This document shows positions 51,717-64,000 of a DNA stretch of 64,000 nucleotides, one piece after another (position 1 is the first letter of the stretch; every line of letters starts with the position of its first letter). The position numbers and the translations under genes are program-made. The notes below the pieces were generated by a model. That model made no database searches and had not been told where the DNA came from. It worked only from the letters and a program-made list of their open reading frames with translations. Origin of the DNA: the human T2T-CHM13v2.0 reference genome, Homo sapiens; the NCBI RefSeq assembly GCF_009914755.1, contig NC_060928.1, one strand, 5' to 3'.

Positions 51717-52010
51717 GGCTGGGTGCAGTGGCTCATGGCTGCAATCCCAGCACTTTGGGAGGCTGAGGTGGGCGGATCACTTGAGCCCAGGAGTTTGAGA
51801 CCAGCCTGGTTAACATGGTAAAACCCCATCTCTACAAAAAGTACAAATTAGTTGAGTGTGGTGGTGTACACCTGTAGTCCCAGCTACAGCTGAGGTGGGA
51901 GGATCATCTGAGCCCTGGGGAATGTTGAGGCTGCAGTGAGCCATGGTTGTGCCACTGCACTTCAGCCTGGGTGACAGAGCGAGACCCTGTCTCAAAAACA
52001 AAAAACAAAA
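51717..52010 (+). mobile_element. Alu (J-type) within an old L1M 3' end
   Basis: Dimeric Alu with a (CAAAA)n tail. Confidence 0.9.
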
Positions 52011-54955
52011 CACCCAAAAAACTATATTACAATACTAAAACCAGGATACCCCTATTGATACAATCCATTGATCTTACTCATATTTTTTCAGTTTTACTTG
52101 TGTGTATGTGTTTATTTAGTTTTATACAATTTTATCTCATGAAAAGGTTTGCGTATTCATCACAGATACTAAGTAATTCCATCACCACAAAGATCCCTCA
52201 TGTTGTCTTTTATAATCACACCCACCTCATTCCTCCCCTCATTTCTAAATTTTTATTTCAGAACCTTTATATAAATGGAATCATACTGTATACAACCTTT
52301 TGGAATTAGCTTTTTTCACATATGAGTAAGATCTTTTGTCTTTCTGTGTACCTTAACTTATTTCAGTAGGCATAATGTTCCCCAGATTCATCCATGTTAT
52401 TATAAATGACAGTATTTTCTTCTTTTTATAAGGCCAAATAATATTCCATTATGCCACATTTCTTTGTACCATTATACCACATTTTCTTTCTCTGTTCATC
52501 TGTTGAGGGACACTTAGATTGATTCCCTATCTTGGATGTTGTGAATAATGCTGTAGTGAACATGAGAGTGCAGATATCGCTTTGAGATACTTCATTTCCT
52601 TTTGATATGTACCCAGTAGTAGGATTGCTGAATCTTTTGGTAACTTAATATTTTGAGGAACCACCATACCATTTTTCCATAATGTCTGTACCACTTTACA
52701 TTCCCACCAACAGTGTACAAGGGTTTCTTTTTCTCCATATCCTTGGCAACACTTATCTTTCATCTTTTTGGTAATGGCCTTCCTAACAGATGTGAGGTGA
52801 TATCTCATTATAGTTTTGATTTGTATTACCCTGATGATTAGTGGTATTGAACATATTTTCATATACCAGTTAGCCATTTGTACGTCTTCTTTTAACAAAT
52901 GTTACTCAGATCCTTTGCCCATTTTTAATCAGATTGTTTGTTTTTTTTTGCTTTTGAGTTGTTTGAGTTTCTTAATATATATTTTAGTATTTTGGATAGT
53001 AGCCCCTTACCTCATATATGGTTCACACATATTTTCTCCCATTCCATAGGTTGTCTCTTTACTCTGTTTCCTTTGCTGTGCAGAACTTTCTGGTTTGATG
53101 CAGTCCTGTTTGTCAGTTTTTGTTTTTCTTGCCTCTGCTTTTGGAGTGTATCCAAAAATTCATTGCCCTGGACCCATGCCATAAGGCTTTTCCTTATGTT
53201 TTCTTCTAGTAGTTTTACAGTTCTAGATATTATGTTTAAATATTTAATCCATTTTGAACTGATTTTTTGTATGTGGTGTGAGAAGACTGGCCAGTTTCAT
53301 GTGTGGACATACAGTTTATCATATGGATATCATGTGGATATACAGTTTTCCTGACACCATTTTTTAAAGAGATTGTGCTTTCGTCATTGCGTGTTCTTCG
53401 GTACCTTTGTAGATCAATTGACTGTACATGCGTGGATTTATTTCTGGGCTCTCTATTCTGTTTCATTTATTTATATGTCTGTTTTTATGCCAGTATATTG
53501 CTGTCTTGATTATCATAGCTTTGTAGTATATTTTGAAATCAGATAGTGTGATGCCTACAGCTTTTTTTTTTTTTTTGCTTGAGATTACTTTGACTATATG
53601 GTGACTTTTATGTTTCCTTATGAATTTTAGGGTTGCTTTTCATATTTTAGAGAAAAATGCCATTGGAATTTTGGTAGTGGTTACATTAAATCTGTAGACA
53701 ATTTTGGGTAGTATGAATATTTTAATAGTGTTAATTTTTAAAATTCATGAACATTAGACATTATTCTATGTATTTGTGTCTTCTATTTCATCAGTATTTT
53801 ATAGTTTTCAGTGTACAGGTCTTTCACCGTCTTGGTTAAGTTTTTTCGGTATATTTAAAAAATACTATTGTAAATGGGATTTTCTTTTTTTAATTTTTTG
53901 GATAGTTGTTAGAGTATAGAAATGCTACTGACTTTTGTTGTCGATTTTGTATCCTGCCAATTTACTGAATTCATTTATTGGTTTTAATCTTTTTTTTTTG
54001 GTGGAATATTTAGGGTTTCCTTTATATAAGATTATGTCATCTGCAAACAGACAATTTTTTTCTTCTTTTTCAATTCGGATGCTTTTTATTTCTTTTTCTT
54101 GCCTAATTTCCCTGGCTATGACTTTCAGTACTATATTAAATAGAAGTTGCGAGAGTGAGCATTTTGTCTTGCTCTTCATCGTAGAGGAAAAGTTTTTAGC
54201 TTTTCATTGTTGGGTATGATGTTAGCCGTGAGCTTGTCATACATATAGCGTTATGATGTTGAGATACATTCTGTCTAATGTATTGAGAGTGTTTATCATG
54301 AAAGGATGTTGAATTTTGTCAAATGCTTTTTCTGTATCTATTGATATGATTTTATGATTTTTATTCTTCGTCCTTTTAAGGTGGCGTATCATGTTTATTG
54401 ATTTGCATATGTTGAACCAGCAGCCTTGCATCCTAGGGATGAATCTCATTGGATCATGGTGTATGATCCTTTTAATGTGCTATTGAATTTGGTTTGCAAA
54501 TATTTTGTTGAGAATATTTCCATCTATGTTCACCAAGGATATTGGCCTGTAATTTTCTATTCTTACAGCATTCTTGTATCACATTAATGCTGGCCTCATA
54601 AAGTGAGTTTGGAAGTGTTCCTTCCTCTTCAGTTTATTGGAAGTTTTGTGAATTCTACTAAGAATTTAAAGAAGTGATGCTAATGCTTGAGAAGCATAAC
54701 TTCTCGGGTCTTGGAGTTTTCTTTGTTAGGGAGCTTTTTGATTATTGGTTTATTCCCCTCACTCATTATTGGCCTGTTCAGATTTTCTTTATGATTCATT
54801 TTTGGTAGGTTGTATGTTTCTGGGAATTTCTTTCTTTCTTCTTGGTTGGCCAAATTGTTGCCATGTAATTGTTCATATTAGTCTCTTATGATTGTATTTT
54901 TGTGGTATCAATTGTAGTGTCTCCTGTTTCATTTCTCAGTTTATTTACTTTAATC

Positions 54956-55262
54956 TTCTTCTTTTTTTTTTTTTTTTTTTTTTGAGACGGAGTCTCGCTC
55001 TGTTACCCAGGCTGGAGTGCAATGGCACCATCTTGGCTCACTGCAACCTCCGCCTCCTGGGTTCAAGTGATTCTCCTGCCTCAACCTCCTGAGTAGCTGG
55101 GATTACAGGCACCCGCCACAACGCCCAGCTAATTTTTGTATTTTTAGTAGAGACGGGGTTTCACCATGTTGGTCAGGCTGGTCTCAAACTCCTGACCTCA
55201 TGATCCGCCCACCTCAGCCTCCCAAAGTGCTAGGATTACAGGTGTGAGCACCACGCCCAGCC
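54956..55262 (-). mobile_element. AluS
   Basis: TSD tactttaatcttctt. Confidence 0.94.
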
Positions 55263-55873
55263 TACTTTAATCTTCTTTCTTTTTTTTATAGTAGTCTAGG
55301 CAAAGATTTGTCAATTTTGCTTATCTTTTGAAAAAACAACTAATGTTGATCTTTTTATATTCTTACATTGATCTTTTAAATTATTTTTCTAGTCTCCATT
55401 TCATTTATTTCTGCTCTGATCTTTAGTATTTCCTTCCTTCTGCTAACTCTGAACTTATTTTGTTCTTTTTCTATTTCTTTGTTGTGTAAAATTAGGTTGT
55501 TCATTTGAGATATTTCTTTTTTCTTAATATAGGTATTTATTGCTATAAACTTTCCTCATAGAACTACTTTTGCTGTATCAAAGTTTTGGTATGTTGTGTT
55601 TCTATTTCCATTTGTCTTAAGACTTTTTTTTATTTTTCTTTTGATTTCATCTTTGACCCATTGATTGTTCAGGAGTATGTTGTTTAATTTCCAGATATTT
55701 GTGGATTTTCCAATTTTTTTTTCCTGTTATTCTTTTCTGGTTTGTATGATTATGGACAGAAAAGATACGTGATATGATTTTAGTCTTCTTAAACTTTTTA
55801 GACTTGTTTTGTGGTCTAAGATATGATCTATCCTTCAGAATGTGTCATGTGCACTTGAAAAGAATATGTATTT

Positions 55874-58872
<2,999 letters not shown>

Positions 58873-60492
58873 GAAAATAACGTGTATTCTGCGGCCATTG
58901 GTTGTAGTGTTCTGTATATGTCTGTTAGGTCCATTTAGTCTATAGTGCTCTTCAAGTCTGCTGTTTCCTTATTGATTTTCTATCTTGATGATTTGCCATT
59001 GTTGAAAGTGGGTTATTGAAGTCTCTTACTGTTCCTGTATAGCTGTATGTTACTCCCTTCGGTTCTTTTAAAATTTTCTTTATGTATTTAGATGCTCCAG
59101 TGTTCAGTGCATATATATTTACAATCACTATATCCAGTTAATGAATTGACTCTTATCATTATATAATGACCTTGTCTTTTTTTGACAGTTTTTGACTTAG
59201 TCTATTTTGTCTAATATAAGTATAGCCACCCCTGCTCTATTTTGATTGCTATTTGCATGAAAATTGCTATGAAATAGCATGATTGCTATTTATGCAAATA
59301 GCAATCAAAATAGAGCTGAAGACTCTATTTTGAAAGTCTTCAGACTCTTTAAGAACACATATAGAATACTTTCACTTCAGCTTTAACAATGCATATAGAA
59401 TACTTTAAATTAAAATCTTTAAATTAGAGTCTCTTATGGGTAGCATAATTTTGAATCTTGTTGTTTAATCCATTCAGCCACTCTGTCTTTTGACTGGAGA
59501 ATTTAATGTTCCATTTGAAGTAATTATTGATAGGTAAGGGCTTACTAGAGCTATTTTATTGTTTTCTGTTTTGTAGTACCTTTGTTCCTTTCTTCTTCTC
59601 TTGCTGTCTTCCTTTGTGATGTGATTTTTTTTTTTTAGTGATATTCTTTGATTCTTTTCTCTTTATCCTTTGTGTATCTATTACATGATTTTTCTTTGTG
59701 ATTACTCTGAGGCTTACATAAAACACCTTCTAGTTGAAACAGTCTATTTTAAGCTGTTAATAACTTAACATTGGTCCCACACACAGACTCTACTCTTTAA
59801 TTTCTCCTGCCCCCATATTTTATGTTACTGATGTCACGTTTTGCATCTTTTATATGTTGTGTATCCCCTAACAAATTATTGTGGCTATTGCTATTTGTAA
59901 TTTTTTTTTAACTTTTACACTTGTAGCTAAAAATGATTTATGTGCTAGTACTATACTATTACAGTATTCTGGGTTTGTATTCTTACCTTTACAGGGGGTT
60001 TTGTACTTTCATATGCTTTCATATTAGTTAGCATCCTTTCATTTTAACTTGATGAACTGGCTCTAGTGGTGCTGAATACCCACATTTTTATTTGGTTATG
60101 TCTTTATTGCTCTCTTATTTTTTAAGGCCAGCCTTTTCTGGTATAGTATTCTTTGTTGGCAGTTTTTTTTTTCCCTTTTTCTTTTAGCACTTTCAATATA
60201 TCATCTTACTCTCTCCTGGCCCGCAATGGATTGTCTGAGAAATCTGGTCGTAGTCTGATGATGGTTTCCTTATTTGTAATGAGTTGCTTTTTTCTTGCTG
60301 CTTTCAAAATTTGTTGACTTTTGAGAATATGATTATAACATATCTTGGTGAAGCTCTCTTTGTTTTAATCTATTTGGAGTTCTTTAGGCTTTATGGATTT
60401 AGATTTGAATCCATAAAGCCTAAAGAACTCCAAATACACTAAAACAAATTATATTCATTTCCCTCTCCAGATTTGGGAAATTTTCTGTCATT

Positions 60493-60791
60493 CTTTCTTT
60501 TTTTTTTTTTTTTTGAGACAGAATCTCACTCTGTCACCAGGCTGGAGGGTAGTAGTGTGATCTTGGCTCACTGCAACCTCTGACTCCCTGGTTCAAGGGA
60601 TTCTCCTGCCTCAGCCTCCTGAGTAGCTGGCATTACAGGCACACGCCACCACACCAAGCTAATTTCTGTATTTTTAGTAGAGACGGAGTTTCATATGTGG
60701 CCAGGATGGTCTTGATTTCCTGACCTTGTGATCCACCCGCCTCAGCCTCCTAAAGTGCTGGGGTTACAGGCCTGAGCCACCGTGCCCAGCC
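60493..60791 (-). mobile_element. AluS(c-like)
   Basis: TSD catt.tttcttt. Confidence 0.93.
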
Positions 60792-61954
60792 CATTATTTC
60801 TTTAAGTAAATTTTCTGCCCCTTTCTCTGCTTCTTCTGGGTCTGTTGTAATGTGTACACTGGTTCGCTTAATGTTGCGTTCTAAGTCCCTGTTAGGCTTT
60901 TTTCACTCTTCATTCTTTTTTCTTTTTGTTTTTGTGACAAGATAATTTCAGAAGATCTGTGTTTGAGTTTGCTGATTCTTCTGTTGTATTGTCTGCTGTT
61001 GAAGTTTTCCATTGAATATTTAATTCACTCATTGAATTCTTCAGTTCCAGAATTTCTGTTTGGTTCTTTTTTATACTCTCTATCTCTTTCTTGAATTCTT
61101 CATTTTTTTCATGCATTGTTTTCCTGGATTCATGTTATTTGAATTCTCTTGTAGCTAAGATGATTATTTTTTATACTTATCTGGCAGTTTATGTATCATC
61201 AGTCGTTTAGTGTCTGCTACTGGTGCTTAATTTTGTTCCTTTGGTGTCCTGTTTCTCTAATTATTAGTGATTTTTGTGGACTTGTGTTATTGTCTGTGCA
61301 TGTGAAAAAGTAAACAACACTTCTTGTCTTTACAGATTGGTTTCTGTAGGGAAAGCCCTTCACTAGTCAGCTTGTCTAGTAGTTCTTGGTAGGCTGTCTT
61401 GCTGCTGGAGTCCTTGGGTATCTTGGTTTGTTGTCTGGGTCAGCAGGTGGATGGTCTTGGTGTCTAGGTCCAAGGAGGGCAGTCTTAGTGCTGGGATGGG
61501 GCTGGAGCCTGAGGCCACAGGGACAGTTCTGGAGCCTCTGTCCACTGGGGCTGACCTGGAGCCTGTGTCTATGGGGGTGATCCTGAAGGCTGAGTTCATG
61601 GATGCCACCTGGCACTGAGGTGGGCCTTGAATTCAGGACCATAGTGGTGGGTCTAGAGCCTGAGACCAGCCTGGGTCTACAGAGGCTGGTTCGGAATTTG
61701 GGGCTGCAGGTCCAAGCCTGGCTCTTGTGTAGGCCTAGAGCCTAAGTCTGCAGGGATCCATCCTGGGCTGTGGGGGCTGATCTTGGGCTGGGATAGGGCA
61801 AGTACTGGAATCTGTGGGGAGAGCTGGATGCTTATGTCATCCTTCTTCCATGTGGACAGTATTTCTCTCCACATTGTGCTGCCAGAGGTTGGGGGTGGGA
61901 TGAAGCATTTAGTGAGAAACTTTACTTCCTAGATTCTTCAATGCATGTTTTCTT

Positions 61955-62262
61955 ATTTATTTATTATTTTTTGAGACGAAATCTCTCTTTGTTGCCCAGG
62001 CTAGAGTGCAGTGGTGCGACACGGCTCACTGCAGCTTCAGTCTCCTGAGTTTAGTTGATCCTCCCACCTCAGTCACCTGAATAGCTAGGACTACAGGTGT
62101 ACGCCACCACACCCAGCTAATTTTTTGTTTTACTTTATTTTTTGTAGACGTGGGTTTTCTCTGTGTTGCCCAGAGTAGTCATGAATTCCTAGGCTCAAGC
62201 AGTCTTCTCACCTGGGCATCCCAAATTGCCGGGATTACAGATGTGAGCTACTGTGCCTGGCC
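61955..62262 (-). mobile_element. Alu (J-type)
   Basis: TSD tgttt.cttattt. Confidence 0.9.
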
Positions 62263-62683
62263 TGTTTCCTTATTTTTGTTCTCCACCCAGGTACTCTAAT
62301 CTCTCACTTGGATTCCTTAGCTGTTGTGAAGGTATTTTCAAGTGTGGGCAATTGTTCAAGCTGATATTTCTGTGAGGAAAGAGCAGTAGAAAACTCCTAT
62401 TCTGCCACCTTTCCATCATCAGTTTCATCACAGTTGTACTCTTTCTTGCAAAAACTCTACCATTAGAATTATTTGAAAACTTAGAGCCTTGTTAGAGAGT
62501 CTGGCCTAGTTGTATCCTTTACCTCACTGTGTATAGGCGTTTCAGTATCCATAGTTCTCTTGGTCATTAACTAATGTTTTTAAATTGTTAGCTAAAAATA
62601 AAACAAAAAACAAAACAAAGGAAACTAAAATGATATTAGATAAATGAAGTAGACAATGTGGAATGATAAGGATTTGTTTTCAA

Positions 62684-62984
62684 TTTTTTTTTTTTAAAGA
62701 GGCAGGAGCTCTCTCTGTCTTCCAGGCTGGAGTGCAATGGTGCAGTCCTAGCTCACTTCACTGTAGCGTCAAATTTCTCTGCTCAAACGATCCTCCTGAC
62801 TCAGCCTTCTGAGCAGTTGGAATAGCAGGCACATGCCATTGCACCTTATTAAATTTTTTATTTTTTGTAGAGACGAGGTCTTGCTTTGTTGCGCAGACTG
62901 GTCTGGAACTCGTGGCTTCAAATGATCCTCCTGCCTCAGCCTCCCAAAGTGCTAAAATTGCCGGCGCAAGCCACCATGCTGGAC
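62684..62984 (-). mobile_element. Alu (J-type, diverged)
   Basis: Poly-T plus reverse-complement Alu; TSD tgttttc. Confidence 0.88.
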
Positions 62985-63244
62985 CTGTTTTCCCTTTTAA
63001 AAGTGACTATATTCCTCGAACAATGTGTTTTGTGGTCATATAAGTTTTGGGATTGTTGGTTTAAATAAAACCAATAGTTTCTTTTCTGCTGGACTCCTCA
63101 GAGTCTTTTAATATGCAAATATTTATCATTATGAAGTGATCAAAAGGATTTCTTATGGAAACTTAGTTGCCATGGCTTGGGGAGCAGCGACTTTTTGTAT
63201 TTTGCAATGTGAATGCAATAAATGACCACAAGTTCTTTCCATCA

Positions 63245-63695
63245 CTGTGTGTTTGCCCTTTTGTGTGCAGTTTTGTACTCCTATGATAAAAGAAATGGAA
63301 TCAGTTTTTGCAGGCTTTAAGTCTGTGCCTGGCCCTGTTACTTTCTTTGGCCAGTGTGATGTCAGCAATCATGATGCACACAGGCTTGAAAGTGCTTGAG
63401 GCTTGCCTTCCCTTGCTGCTCTTTTAAATCCTACCTTATCTATATTAAGAAATATTTACTAGCTTCCTGGAGGATGAGAGACCCTGTGGAACAGAATGAG
63501 CCCCCTTAGCTGAGAATCCTTCTACCCAGCTGTCCTGCCAATTACCAGACATGTGACATCATGCTGGACTATCCTGTCCCAATTGAAGTTTGTCCACACC
63601 CAGTTAACTCTCAGAACTGTCAGAAATAATATATGTCTGTTGTTTTAAGTCGCTAATTTTTGGGGTAATTAACTATCAAAAGCTAAAGGATGCAT
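63245..63695 (+). mobile_element. MLT1-type MaLR LTR (old)
   Basis: ...ggaggatgagagaccctgtgg... and ...tgttgttttaagtcgctaatttttgggg 3' motif. Confidence 0.6.
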
Positions 63696-64000
63696 ATACT
63701 TGTTAACTTTTTATATAATGCAGTTGTTTTGCAAATTTAGGCTGAGAAACAGTGCTCTATGGGTAGGAATATTCTCTAAGGACTTATTGGTAGCTTAGGT
63801 TACTTAGTGTGGTTTTGAATTCTTTTTGAGACATTTTCAAATTTACTATTGAATTTTAACTTAATTTCCAAAAATTTCTATAGCAGAACATGCTCATTTA
63901 ATGTAAATAATTTGACAAATGGAATTATGTAATAATGGATGATTGATGTTGGGCTAGTAGAAACTTTCTCTAGAATCGATGTTATAAAACCTTGGCTGAT

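Overview
Primate (almost certainly human) genomic DNA. It covers eight internal coding exons of the + strand AAA+ ATPase gene AFG2A (SPATA5), probably exons 3-10 (about codons 97-623): the end of the N-domain, a long acidic linker, the whole D1 ATPase module and the D1-D2 linker. All exons were reconstructed with GT-AG ends and consistent phases. The introns are dominated by transposable elements: a full-length antisense L1PA3/4-type element (intact ORF1, dead ORF2, open ORF0 pointing at exon 9), an old two-LTR ERV-L/HERV-S-like provirus with env remnants, a 2-kb MER52-type solo LTR just upstream of exon 10, a long L1M with a three-piece L1PB nested in it, more than 20 Alus, and Tigger/Charlie DNA-transposon fossils. 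There are no prokaryotic features, and I found no convincing new gene system. The best leads are L1 antisense-promoter/ORF0 'gene-breaking' of AFG2A and a set of locally templated rearrangements: an insertion copying the provirus flank, inverted and tandem duplications, and perfect hairpins inside ancient repeats. Repeat subfamily names come from recalled consensus sequences and repeat boundaries are approximate.
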